Below, piece after piece: positions 35,761 to 48,729 of a DNA stretch of 64,000 nucleotides. Source of the DNA: Oopsacas minuta (lineage: Eukaryota; Animalia; Porifera); NCBI GenBank assembly GCA_024704765.1, contig JAKMXF010000099.1:382432-446431 (forward strand), given 5' to 3'. Each line of letters begins with the position of its first letter. The stretch's first letter is position 1. Position numbers and translations under genes: made by a program. Below the pieces are notes generated by a model that was not told where the DNA came from, ran no database searches, and saw only the letters and a list, made by a program, of their open reading frames with translations.

Positions 35761-36369
35761 GTATGTGATACATTCATTCTGTCAAAAGTACACTATTTTT
35801 GAAATACATTTCCCAGCGTAATGATTCTTTGCTCGTATAACCAATCCCTCCCTGAAAAATGGCCAATGTCATTGCCTTAGTTTATTAGGATGCTATGAAC
35901 ATATATATCAAATTGTTGGAATATTACTGATGGATCCCAATTTAACATTTAAATGCTTATCTGAAATGATTTCAGGCAGTTATTGTTGGGGCCTAATCCG
36001 GCTGACGGTAATAATCGCAAAATATTAATTGGAAATACAAAAAATCTGACAAGATCCAAGAGGCTTTGTAATCTTTACATCACTAAATCAATTCGAAACT
36101 CTAAACGAGGGTACCCTGAAGTGCATGCATGCTTTGTTTGTTATAAAAGTACATGTTTCTCGTTTAAGTTTGCTTCTTTAGATGCCTTGTTTAGCTAATA
36201 TTCCGCCTTGTTTCTTCAAGACTCCTGTTTCTCACTCAGTTTATGAGTCGTGTTTAGTGGCGTTGTGCGGCTTTTAAATCTGTGGGGCACCAATTCAATC
36301 TAGTGTGCAACAAGTTCTGGATGTGGGTCTATGGGCGCTGTAAGCAGGCAGTAAGGTCCAGCAGCGAAA

Positions 36370-36480
36370 CTCATCACAAGAAATAGCGTTTGATTTGCAA
36401 CTAGCCCAGAAAGTTGACATTTTTTTCTGGTCACTTGGAGTAATATTATGGGAAGTAGGAGAATATTTGGGGGTACCCGG
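36370..36480 (+). pseudogene. Possible protein-kinase subdomain VIII-IX fragment
   Basis: SSQEIAFDLQLAQKVDIFFWSLGVILWE resembles APE...KVDIWSLGVILWE; no HRD/DFG found nearby. Confidence 0.3.
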
Positions 36481-36689
36481 GCCTCCAGGCACATGTAGCA
36501 CGACCCCACTGATCGTGAAGATTGTTCCAAACAGTCAAATATTTTCCAGTATTTCCTTATATTATTTAGTCCACTGATGATTATTGCAAACAAATTGAAC
36601 ATTATATTGACTGGATAATTATAGTAAATTGAAATATATTGTTTGATGGATTTGAAATCCGAGCTGAGCAAGGAAAACATATACAATTA

Positions 36690-36852
36690 CAACCTGGCCG
36701 ATAGCTAAGTCTATTAATTCAATGTTAGAAAAGTGGCACTATTAATTGGAGGCACTATGTGTAATGGGATTAAAACTAAACCTCTCACATTGCCTCCAAT
36801 TTATAGTGCCACTTTTTAACTAATCAATTAATAGAATAGTTTGTCGGCAGTG
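36690..36852. mobile_element. ~160-bp palindromic MITE
   Basis: Inverted arms ctattaatt..aaaagtggcactat.aattggaggca; right end reverse-complements to cactgccgac. Confidence 0.55.
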
Positions 36853-38099
36853 GCTTTAATTTTACATTCTCACTTACAATGCTGGATATATTTTATTGCT
36901 ACTCCATTATGTTTTGGATGGCTATTTGATTGACATGCCGAGCGAGCTTGCCCCTTACGAGAGACGTGTCGCCAGGTCCATCACCTCCGTTCGCCAAATC
37001 TTGGCGCCGCATAAGTTGCCATTGATAAATTGGGTGTAACAGAGTTAATGTATTATATTATACGAAAAATGTTAGCTAAAGATGTGTTTCCAATTACTTT
37101 CAATAAGCATCAGTAAATAGCGTTCAGTTACAGAGCAACTTAGCAGGGGGTAATTTGGGTTGCCTAACAACACAAAATAGAGAAAAGAATGTGAGTGCAA
37201 ATTATATGTTGCGCACCAAACATATCCAAATATTTTATAATGTTGTATACGTTCCATAATAGCTAAAAATTTTATATAGATTTCTATATGTGTTATTGTG
37301 GTTACTTACAATTTTGAAAAATTATCTAGTATTGAAAACTTCAGTCCATGCTAGCAAAATTATAAATTTGGAGAAGTTAGGCTCATTTAGGTCATTTTGA
37401 TTGTTTAAATATATAGAGTGATGTGAATTGATGGTGGATAAAGACAATTATGTTATATTGCAGTTATATACAATTTCCCAATTGATTGAATTTCTTATTT
37501 TTCAATTCTGCAATCAAGAAATTTGTAATTATATTACTTTATCTAGGAACACAACTAATTATAGTTGCACGCACCCAATCAATCATATTATTGGAATGCT
37601 TTGTGATTACACAATTCTAAACCAGGTTCTATCATAAAAACATAATTTCCGGACTTAATTTTACCTATCCGTGCCCCAAATTACTGTGCGCGTGATGATG
37701 GTTCGTTCACGAATGCTGAATTCTTATCGCTAATATGTTTAGGGTATTTACTGATGTTTGTAAGGACTCCAATTTTTGCTATGAATTATACATACACAGT
37801 TTGTACTTTTTAAGTGAAAACTTGAATTTACAGTAATTATTACTTGCCTTTTAATAAATGATTATAGTTGCTTACAATCTATAGGTCTCTTTCTGTTTCC
37901 AGACATATAGATCTTTGAATACCTCTAGCTAGCTAACTAAGTAGAATATGAATACTATAGTCTGTTTAGAAGTGCTTTTAGCTGAGTAGCGTAATCATTA
38001 ATTGAAATTAACAACTGCAAGTCAACTAAAACTCAAGGTAGTTGATACTTGAAAACTACTAATTTCACAACGCTTACGCAATTCCTACATAGCCTATGC

Positions 38100-39001
38100 A
38101 TTTAGGAAGTACCGTACTGATCTGCACGTAGTCTATTATGTTGCGCAGCACCGACGTTTACTTTTGCAGAAAATATATCTATTAGTTGGAATTACAATCC
38201 TACTAATCCCAATTCAATTGAGTGATATCTAGGAGTACACAATGAACCCAAGTTCTAAGACCTGAGCTGGTTGGTAATCTCTAGGTCTTCATTAAATTAG
38301 TCAAAAATACGGATATATAGAGGTCAATATTTTGTAATACTTAAGTTCTTTGTGAATACGCGGCAAGGGATGTCTATCGACTGCTAATTCCTTCCCGGAT
38401 TTTTTTGCATTTAAACATACATTCAACTCACTTAATCGGAACTCTTTGGTACCAGCCCTTTTGTCCCAATTAACCGGAGAAATACTATAAATGCTGCTAT
38501 ATAACTGACCGGTTCCATCTCTGCTTACTACTGTCATGTAAATCGAATCTTGAAAGAACTGCATAATACGCATCTAGCCTTTAACAGTTTTTCGATTGAC
38601 GCGCATTGTGTATCTATGATTATGTTGTATTTTGTTTTTACAAAGTAATGTTTTCTTGTTTTATATTCAGGCAAACTTAAGCAATGATGTGCATTATATC
38701 ACACATAACACTTATACTTGTATACAGTTTTAGCTACAGCACATTCCGTTCATTGACCAATCCAAGCAATATTTTCTAGCGTTTACCTTATTTAACATGA
38801 AATTGATGTTAATGTATTAAAATATGCTAAAGAGTTCTATAATTTAATAGGTAAAGATTTCAGAATTAATGGTTGCTACAGCTGGAAATTTGTTGGGCTA
38901 TCACCTCACCCTTCATATTGAGAATGATCGTAAGATTGATGCAGGTACTCTAAATTTGATATTTTCTTTTTCGGATCTATCTGGAACTCCTGATCAAGAA
39001 T
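38100..39001 (-). CDS. Probable multi-exon host gene segment, unidentified
   Basis: Candidate exon 38910-39001 (ctgtag|...|gtgagg; ILDQEFQIDPKKKISNLEYLHQSYDHSQYEG); ORF 38301-38573 ends at donor AA|gtatta; a ~60-nt intron with ctaat branch-like site leads to KDYQPAQVLELG. Confidence 0.35.
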
Positions 39002-40229
39002 CTACAGGCACAACGGTATGTAATTGCTCTTTGATAGCTCTCTTTTTGCTTTCAAGCAGAAACTTTGGGTGGGGGCATTGGGCTATCACGAATATTTTGG
39101 TTCCTGTGAATAATTGGTCCCACTTTAAAATTTTGGTCCCACCAGTTTTACGTTTATCTAATTAGGAAATAAATAAATTGTTAATTAATAATAGCTATAT
39201 CATCAAATTTTGTCAGGCCCAAGTGACGTCATCTGATTTCCAAATAGGGGAATATGTTGTCAAACAATTGCCATTTTTAAGCCGTGTAAATCAAACACTA
39301 GTGCGACTTCGACCAACGACTAATTTATATATATTTCCATACAAAGTATAAAATTTGTAAAGATAAAGTTGTGATGTTACTGAAATATATAAGAACCATT
39401 TGATGGCACATATTTGGTCAAATCCCCTTATAACTCAATAGTCGCTGACTTTGCATCGTGATATACGATTTTGATCTGACGCAATTTGCCCCTTTGTGTC
39501 ACTTTTAATATTTATGTTGCACACACTGAATTTATCTCGTGCGTACGCGTATCGACAGACTTTTTCGGGGGTACAGGTACGTACGATACAATTTCAGTGT
39601 ATTTGAACACACAAATGCATGTGGGTCATTAAAATGTGTTTGATCCACAGCCATAGTATTGGAACTCTTTAATTTTCCTTGGCGAGGCAGTAATATTCAA
39701 TTCTACCTGGTCCTAGTGCTGCATACATCTTGGTCGTTGGTTTGTGTATCGGAGGAGCTATTAGCTACTATATATATATACTTATTCATTGGTTATATGC
39801 ATTTGGCTCACAGATTGAACGGTAGTGATTGAATTTACATTATAATTGTGCTATGATTGCCCCTGGATGTTGTAATGATGTCTCACTACCTCTATCTCTT
39901 GGTAGTTGGTTTGGGTCGGGTTTGGAATAGATATATACCTGCTGCATGGAATTCTGATCGAACACATTCAGAATATTGCTTATTATTGATGTCGGCCATA
40001 TTAGCACACTCTCATATCATTCATAGACATCCAGGATCAATTGAGGTTTGCTGTAGTAGGTTAACTACCACTTACAGAGTTATAGTAACATACCTGTGAG
40101 TTAAACACATTTTTTAATGGCCCACATGCATATTTGTTTTAATACACTGAAATTGTATCGTATATACGTGTATACACGATTTTATAATTTGGTGTACGCG
40201 AATATACTAAATATTTCGGTGTACGGTAC

Positions 40230-40790
40230 ACCCGAATAAAATCCAGTGTATCAGAGTTTAATGCCTACTGCGGTAGAACAGATGGTTAAGCAGCATATGT
40301 ATCACCTGTTTGGTTCAGCAAGTTCGATATCGCAAATGAAACCAGGCGAACAGATAAGTATATATCCGGTATCAAAGTGTGTCAAGATAAGTCGCATGAC
40401 CGTATGCTTGTTTCTGCAGTAAAAAGTCGTGTCCAGCAATTATAGATAGGTGACGATGTAGTTATTCCTATAGAAAGGCCAGGCAAATAACTTCACTTGG
40501 GCCACGTAATATGTTGGGAGTTGTCACTGATGTATTTGACGGTTCGTATGCGATTGGGGCAGGGGATGGTATGTACAGTACGAACTAGCATCGGAATCAA
40601 AACGATATCTACTCTTAATATATATTTCTCCAACCATCTTCTGTTCCACCTGTCATATTTCTCAGACTTCTGCACTAAGGCCAAATGAGTCTGTGTTACA
40701 GTGCACATTTAATGCATATGGTGCAAACTTCTCTAGGCGTGCTTGGACTCACTGTTTCAGCATCGAATGTCTTGCGGACTAGGAAAAATA
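40230..40790 (+). pseudogene. Ginger/KRBA2-SCAND3-like integrase C-terminal remnant
   Basis: IGDDVVIPIERP..GPRNMLGVVTDVFDGSYAIG followed by a decayed Cys/His-rich tail; frameshifts and stops. Confidence 0.55.
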
Positions 40791-42487
40791 TCTTTACTTA
40801 GTCATCAAGTTAATACGGTTGTAGATTGGAAACAAAGTACTTAATAAGATTATGTTTAGGAGGTGAATTTGATGCTTCAAATACGTGTTTCAAGTAGGCT
40901 TTAATAGAGATTTCTTTTTCCAAGTTACGAAACCCAAAAATCCAACAAATTATACTCCGATCATAATTACATAGCATTCGAATCCCACGAAGAGAGCAAG
41001 AGATTTTTTTAGAGGATACTCAATTGCATTTGTCAATAGAGATATAATTCAAATCAGGATAAGAGAATATCATAATCACAAGGTAGATCTAACCCATTAT
41101 TGCGTAAAGTTTTGAGAAGTTTAACAAAATCAAATTTGGGAAATAGACCTGTTTTGTAGAATGTGTCCAAGTATATATATATTTATTTACCCATACATTC
41201 CTTTACAAAATCATGTATATTTCTGTGACACATATCCTGCTGTAAATTTATTTCCAGTTTGAATTATCCTCCCTCCATGCAAGTAATTTTCGACTAACAT
41301 TTACTTCAACTTTTATTGTAGTATTTCCCAAGTAAGATGCAAGTTGAATTGTACAATGAACTACTACAATATATATGTTCAAACTCTAATTTAGATTCAA
41401 TGACCTATGCATTGAAGAATATAACAAGTAGAAATTGTTTTGAGTTGTGCAATAAACATTTAAAATAATAGTAGAAAAACTGAGCCTTAAGCAGGAAAGC
41501 CCTCCCCTTTGTCTACGACCTTGCCTATTGAATTTGGAAACTGAGTATTCACAATCCGTCCATAGGCATCGTAAATTGTATTCTTACCATTAGGGCCGTC
41601 AGGAGATCTTCAAGGCCGTGAACCTGGCGATTTTCAGACACCCAAAACTTTTAGAGAATAGAGAGCTCAATATCGAGACTTTTGATCACATTTTTTATTG
41701 TGTATGATCAAAAATATATATATTATTAAATGAACATGTGTTGAATGAATCATATGATAAGTCTGGGTAACACCTGGAGTTTCCAGTTATCCTCCTGGCA
41801 TGCCTTGGGCCCCATAGCACAGTATATCATAAGTTCAAGATCAACTATATTCATTTTGGTTTACTAATCTGTTTGTTATTTCTCCTTATTATATTCATTA
41901 TACGTATATCTTGTTATATTGATCGGTTCATACATAATACAAACTTCTAGAATAAATCATGACTGCACCTCTAACTGTTTCCGTTCCACCTTTTTGAGGG
42001 ACAGACGATCTCTTCGCTGCAGCCATAGACTACCTTAATAAAGGATTGTGGGTTACCAGCTCGGATCTTGGAACTTGGGTCCATTGTGTATTTATCGAGA
42101 TCTCGTAAACCGCTGTAGTTAGATACCCCAAATGTGTTATTATTGAATAGGAGTTATACTTTTAGAGCCCATTGGTCATGTTACCTTACCTGAAAGATTT
42201 GTGGAATATGAGATATGCGGTTTTCACACCTTTCTACATTATGTTAATAATGTCAAAATATCGCTTCCAGTTAGAGTTAGACATGATAAATGTGTTATTA
42301 TACAATGGGAATTCATGAGTAAGGAGTCATTTAGTCACATTTCCTTACCTCAAATATTTGTGGAATGTGAGTTATGCAGTTTCACACCTCCATATAAGGT
42401 AAATCGTGAATATTTCGTAATTGGTACGAGTTAGGTATGACAAATGTATAATTATCTTGTAGGCTCTTAGTTTAGCAGAAAATTAGC

Positions 42488-45400
42488 ATGCCAAAGCGTT
42501 GTAGAGCTTACAATCGTCAGGGTAAAGACATAGGTGAACCTTATACTCCACTTGTAAGTTTTCCTACCGATGATGATGAACGAAACAGATGGATTGAGGC
42601 AATGCCAAATGATCCCGGTAGTCTCACTAATCGAAAAGAAATCTTTGTATGCACATCACATTTTGAATGCAAATGGGTCACTGTTAGAGGTGGAAGCGGC
42701 CGATTGGACCTCCTACCTATTTTAAGGGAGTAGCAAAATCCTGCCTGAAGCAAACTTTGACACATCCCAGGCCAACAAAGAAGGCTTCCTCCAAGTACGT
42801 GAAAATTGCAAAAGGAATATCTAGACAAATTAGATAGGATTGAAAACTTTTCATATTTTGCAAACAAGGCAGCAGCACGTTATACCTTGTTTCGTGTCAG
42901 AAGCAAATGCAGGGAATTGATAATGTTTAAGTTGGATGAGCTCGGAAGAAAGTTGTTCAATTTATCTATTTCAAGGAAATTGAATCACTTTTGGTTTCTT
43001 GCACTTGGTGGAGGCAGAGAAAGATGGCTACGCGATCCCCAAACGTTATTTCAGTCTACAGAAGAATAATCTTCTTCATTGATGGTCTCAAGTTGATGAA
43101 AACTTTCTACTGTGGTGAATTATCAAGCATCTAATTCTGATCATTTGGCGAAAGTCATGTACAAGTTAAAACAAATGACATCAGAAGTGCAAGAATGTCC
43201 ACAATTTCAGTTCCTAGGGGTGCAACTCGACAAACTCTTGACACCCTACAATAAAATCCGCCACACAAAGCATCTGCTTATTTTCGCTGGAGAACTTCTA
43301 TGTATCTCTCCAGCAGCATACAGGATGTTAAGAAATTCAAGAACTATTATCCTTCCTTGGGAGAGATTACTTCGAGATTTGATGACACGCAGCTTTCAGA
43401 ACAACGAATTGCCTCGCATATTTGAAGTTCTCAAACCAGAGCAATGTTTTGTCAACATATTGTTCGATGAAGTAAAGCTAATTTATACAAGTGGCTTCAG
43501 TGCGGTCACATAATTGGCCTGCCAATAATGCACCCAGTGAGCAAGCCACCTCAGCCCTTTGTACCGAAGTAGTTTGTCATCAAGGAGGGCCACGTTTGTG
43601 TTTGGTATCCATCCAGTGAAGAACATAAATTCAGCGGATCTCCAAATAATTTTGTTGGAAATTATGGAAGTCAAGAAAAAGAGTGGTGTGAGACCAATAT
43701 CCTTTATCTGTGATAGCTGCCCGCTAAATCAAGGAGTATAATATTACTTGGTGGTTTAGGGAGAGTGGTGTTGGATGGAATCAAAGTATTTCTCCCTATG
43801 ATTTCGTACACATCATGAAGAATTTGCGAAACAATTGGATAACAGATAAACTTCAAGAGTTATCATTCGTGGAGGACGGTATAGAATACCTCGCATGTTG
43901 GAAAGCTATTCAAGCACTTTATGAAGAGGAGAAAATAAATCCCACTACGACTCACAAAGCTTACACCTACATCAGTATTTCCTAAACCTCTCCAACGACA
44001 GAGCGTACCATTCGTCTGTCAAGTTTTTCACGAGAAGACTGTTGCAGCATTAAAAGCTTTGAAAATAAGGTAAATCCCCAGGAAGGGACTATTAGGTTCA
44101 TCACAATGGTCACAAATTGGTTTAAAATGATGAATGTGATGGATAAGTTTGGGCAATCAATCTACGGGATCCATTTAGAGCTCCATGGACACTCAACTAC
44201 GAAAACTTCGACATGCTGTTAGCATGTGCGATGTGATAGGTTCCTGTCGCTGGGAAGGTGGCAAATATAGGCAGAGAAAGTTAACACAATTCCCTGCTGA
44301 TGTTTTCATAGTAACGACAAAGTTCAGCGTTGCAGCCACCGCGTATCTGTTAACTCATCACCAATTCGAATTGGTCCTTCCTGCTGTTTTTTCTCAAGAT
44401 CCTCTGGAAAAGTTTTCGGCAAAGCCAGGCAACGCACGGTGGTAACTTCTACATTGATTTAGGAGATGTTATCTCTGCATGCAAGGCACAGCGATTGCAT
44501 CAGATGCTGAAATTTAATATCATTCCACAAGGTTGTCTGGAGTGGAAATGCTCATATTGTACAGCACCTATCGTATTAGAAGATATAGATGTTATGCTGG
44601 AGACAAGTACAGAAGACACGCAAACATTCCTTGATTCCACTGACACTCTTAAACATAAAGTAGTCTTCATTGCAGGATTCTTAACATATAAACACCTAGG
44701 GCCGGGAGAGGGAGATGGAGGTATCAAGTGAATTCTTGCAAGAGCTTGACAGAGGAGGGTTGAGCGTGCCTACATTAGACACCACATGTTTTGTATACAT
44801 AGCCATTAATCTCCTCGGAAAAACTTCCTGAATCAAAAACAGATGTCGAGTGTACAGTATGTTCCGAAAGTCTTTTCCTATCAGAAAATTATTCATAGCA
44901 GCCATACGAATGGAATATAGGTTTCATTATTTTCCAATATTACCGCCATTCAAATCTACGCACTTTCTCATCCTAGCTGGCATTCCATCCATCAACCTCT
45001 TGAGTAGGTCAGGGCTGATGTCAGCCCACACATTTTTGAGTTGATTTTCAGCAGGCCTAAATTTGAAGCAGCTGGTAGCTCAGAGAGTTCATTTTTCACA
45101 TACGTCCACAAGTTCTCAATTGGAGATAAATCAGGAGAGTTGCCTGGCCACACTTCTTTCGCCCAGTAGTTTGGAAGATTCAGTGGGCACCACTGCTGAC
45201 TTAATTTTGAAGTATGAGCGGGAGCTCCATCCTGCTGGAAAACAGAATTGGACATGTTTTGGCAAAGTCTTCGCTGTAGAATTGTACCAGTAATCTTTTG
45301 CGAGCAAACGAATCTTGACAAGGTCCAGCTAGTATCTCATCAACATAGTACTTGGCATTTACAGTGCATTTGGGTGGCAGAATGTGTAATTCTGATACAG

Positions 45401-46364
45401 CACGAGCCGACATAGCCCCCCAAACCATAAGATGAGAAGGAAACTTAATAGTGAGGACCGGCGGGACATTTTTGGCATCAGAACTCCAGACGCGATCGGT
45501 TTGTGGGTTGGAAGGCTGAAATAGATGAAACGGAGCTTCATCGGAGAAAATAACATTGCTCCATTGTTCAGCCGACCAAAATAGCCTTTGTTTACAGAAA
45601 TTTAGGCGATGATCTTTCTGTTTTCGGTCAATTTTGGCTGATGTGGCCGTTTGTAGCTCTTAAGACCAAGATTTTCTCTCAAATAGCGATGCACCGCTGA
45701 TTTGGAAGTCGGGTGTCCACGAACGGTTAGTCTCTTTGCCAATTTTCGCGTAGATTGGTGCCTCTTACCAACAGATTTGGAAATAACTATTTTCGCTGTC
45801 CTTGTGAGCGATAAAGGCCTTCCTGACCTCGGTTTATCGCTGAGACTCTGGTCCAATTTATTTCGTTTCCACCAATTGCTGATGGTCCGTGTGGTCTTTC
45901 CAAGGGCTTGGGACACCTGTTTCTGCGTAACTCCGGCCTCTAACATTCCAATAGCCTTTGTACGAAATAAATTCTGAGAGGAATGTAACGATTCGGACAT
46001 TATTTTGAGAAGGAATATTCGAGATCAAATAAATGCTGCTAAAGAAGTCTCTGAAGTTGATAAGCCTATATCACTTGATCTAATGTGTTCACAATTGTTT
46101 GAATATTCAATAAATTGAGTTCAGAATATTCGAATTCAATTAGTCAAGTTTTGGTAGTCTATTATATCTAAAATTACTATAGGAAAAGACTTTCGGGACA
46201 TACTGTACATAATGAAAATTCTTTCATATGTGGATAGTCCTCTTGCAGAAAACTGGGAGCTGAGTTGTACTCTCGTTAATACCCTACTAAAAGCTCAAGT
46301 CAATCACACAAGTGATCGGGAGCAACAGTATGGCTGTCTTCTACGGAAGGAGAAACTTCAATAG
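42488..46364 (+). pseudogene. THAP-domain P-type transposase pseudogene, interrupted by Tc1 at 44855-46205
   Basis: THAP motifs (MPKRC, FP..R..WI, VCTSHF), ILFDEVK, ICDSCPLNQ, HIMKNLRNNW, SQDPLEKF, FIAGFLTYK; frame resumes after the Tc1 (CRV|YIMKILSYV..KEKLQ*). Confidence 0.88.
44855..46205 (-). mobile_element. Tc1-like element (DD34E), frameshifted, 1351 bp
   Basis: 27-bp TIRs cagtatgt(t/c)ccgaaagtcttttcctat; TA TSD 44853-54 and 46206-07; RSGRP, VWGAMS, QQDGAPAH, WPGNSPDLSPIENLW. Confidence 0.93.
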
Positions 46365-47088
46365 CTTATTTACAAATTTGTCTTTATCATCCTTATATTT
46401 GAATTCCTATTCGAAGTTCATACCTATTCTATGTTTAACTCTACTAATAAAAGTAGAGATTAAGATATTACTATATATGGAAAAAGTTTGAAAACCGCAA
46501 AACTAAAACCATGAGTATATTTTAGAGGTTGACTAACTCAATTGACTACTCATATGAGACTTACCATTCGATAATTATACATTTGTCTTACCTAACTCGT
46601 ACCAATTACGAAATATTCACGATTTACCTTATATGGAGGTGTGAAACTGCATAACTCACATTCCACAAATATTTGAGGTAAGGAAATGTGACTAAATGAC
46701 TCCTTACTCATGATTTCCCATTGTATAATAACACATTTATCATGTCTAACTCTAACTGGAAGCGATATTTTGACATTATTAACATAATGTAGAAAGGTGT
46801 GAAAACCGCATATCTCATATTCCACAAATCTTTCAGGTAAGGTAACATGACCAATGGGCTCTAAAAGTATAACTCCTATTCAATAATAACACATTTGGGG
46901 TATCTAACTATAGCGGTTTACGAGATCTCGATAAATACACAATGGACCCAAGTTCCAAGACCCGAGCTGCAGCCCACAATCCTTTATTAAGGTAGTCTAT
47001 CGCTGCAACACTTATTTATGCAGCGGTAGTTTCGTTGGACGGAAGAGCGACGAAGAAACTATTACCAGTATATCTCATCCTAGGTATG

Positions 47089-47148
47089 CTGGAGCGCATT
47101 AAGAACTACTTCTCCTACAGTTATAAAGTAGTTCTTAATGCGCTCCAG
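47089..47148. repeat. Perfect 23-bp-stem hairpin with 14-nt loop
   Basis: ctggagcgcattaagaactactt (47089-47111) and its exact reverse complement (47126-47148). Confidence 0.9.
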
Positions 47149-47476
47149 AAAGATCTCCTGTAAGAGATTTTCACGTACCTCAAAAAGCGTCTGAACAAGA
47201 CCTGGGGTCAATACTCTTATATATTTCAATTACAATTATTGTATTTTACTCCGTTTCACTTACTATTTCAGTACATAATGGATATAGTGATATATTGGAT
47301 ATATTGATATTTTTGTACGTTGATTTTTATCCCGGTTTACATTACCCAGGGTGCTAACCAGGCTTATGCTTCGCGCTACAGCGGCATGAATTTTGGCAAG
47401 AATATTTCTAGGATTATGAAAACTCTCTCTAGGGACAGAAACTCCTATATCATGATGCAAAATTTATAGCGTAGGC

Positions 47477-48538
47477 CATGCCTACTAAACATAAGGCCTA
47501 ACAGTAACTCGAATTTTTGGCACCAGGGATGCAGTATTAGCTGAAAGCAATTATAGACATAGATTCTTTATTACAGAAAAATGCATTTTTGGATGAATAA
47601 ATGTGTTACATTTTTGTAGAACAGCAATTTTATGCAAATAAATGGTAAAAACTTTTAGGAATGTGTAAAAATATGTGGCTAGTAAGCATTTATTTAGCAA
47701 AATATGTCATTCTTTGATGTCTTGTAGAACGTTAAATATTGCATTTATCAACTCAAAGTGAATAAATGAAATGATCTATGGATCCTTTATACAAAATGTC
47801 AAAAGTTTGTCATTCAATAGTTGGCTCGTTGAGTTAAGGTAGAGTCCATGGATGACAAGTTTTTGTGAATATTCAATTATAACTCGAGAATCATTTAAAT
47901 TATCATAAAATCAGGATAGGCAATTTATACTATTTACCCAACTTCCCATACCCTTGCAATACATTTTGATACGATATCTCTCACCAATGTGACGATGCCC
48001 ATGTATGGTCATTTTCAATATTCTGCAATACCCTTCAATTATTTCCTATCAAAATGTATTACAAGGGTATGAGAAATTGGGTAAATAGTATAAATTGCCT
48101 ATCTTGATTTTATGATAATTTAAATGATTCTCGAGTCATAATTGAATATTCATAAAAACTTGTCATCCATGGTCTCTACCTTAACTCAACAACGAGCCAA
48201 CTTTTGAATGATAAATTTTTGACATTTTATATAAAAGGATCTATAGATCATTTCATTTATTCATTTTGAGTTGATCAATGCAATATTTAACGTTCTACAA
48301 GGCATCAAAGAATGACATATTTTGCTAAATAAATGCTTACTAGCCACATATCTTTACACATTCCTAAAAGTTTTTACCATTTATTTGTATAAAATTTGCT
48401 GTCCTACAAATCTGCAAAACATTTATTCAGGCAAAAATGTACCTTTTCTACAATAAAGAAACCATGTATATAAATGCTTTCAGCTAATACTTCATCCCTG
48501 GTACTTTTACTGTTAGGCCTTATATTTAGTAGGCTATG
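47477..48538. mobile_element. Non-autonomous foldback (P-type ends), ~495-bp arms, 7-bp TSD
   Basis: Arms ~47477-47970 and ~48045-48538 are inverted copies; ends cat-gcctac / gtaggctatg; CGTAGGC on both flanks (47470-76, 48539-45). Confidence 0.88.
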
Positions 48539-48729
48539 CGTAGGCGTATGAAATGAATTAGAGTCCATTTCTAGGCGTATGGCCCCTGAGATCCTGACAG
48601 TACCCATACAAAATTTATTGGAATTGAATTCCAATCTTGTCACGTAGTACATTTACAATTACAATTACTTTTCAATTTATTATGATAGTTATATAATACA
48701 AAATAGTTGAATAGAATAATTTTTTCTAT

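Larger units (their letters stand above)
42024..47001 (+). mobile_element. P-superfamily (Galileo-like) transposon with ~432-bp TIRs, defective, nested Tc1
   Basis: 42024-42456 is a near-identical inverted copy of 46570-47001; terminus CATAGACTAC; flanks gctgcagc / gctgcaac (7-8-bp TSD). Confidence 0.92.

Noticed and set aside
39575-40175. ~80-bp inverted repeats (39575-39652, 40095-40175) as TIRs of the Ginger remnant
   Set aside because: The integrase remnant lies outside the pair and no TSD or TGT terminus was found.
42201-42434. 77-aa ORF duplicated almost exactly at 46592-46825 (-)
   Set aside because: Both lie within the long TIRs of the P-type element; the duplication follows from the inverted repeat and no motif is present.
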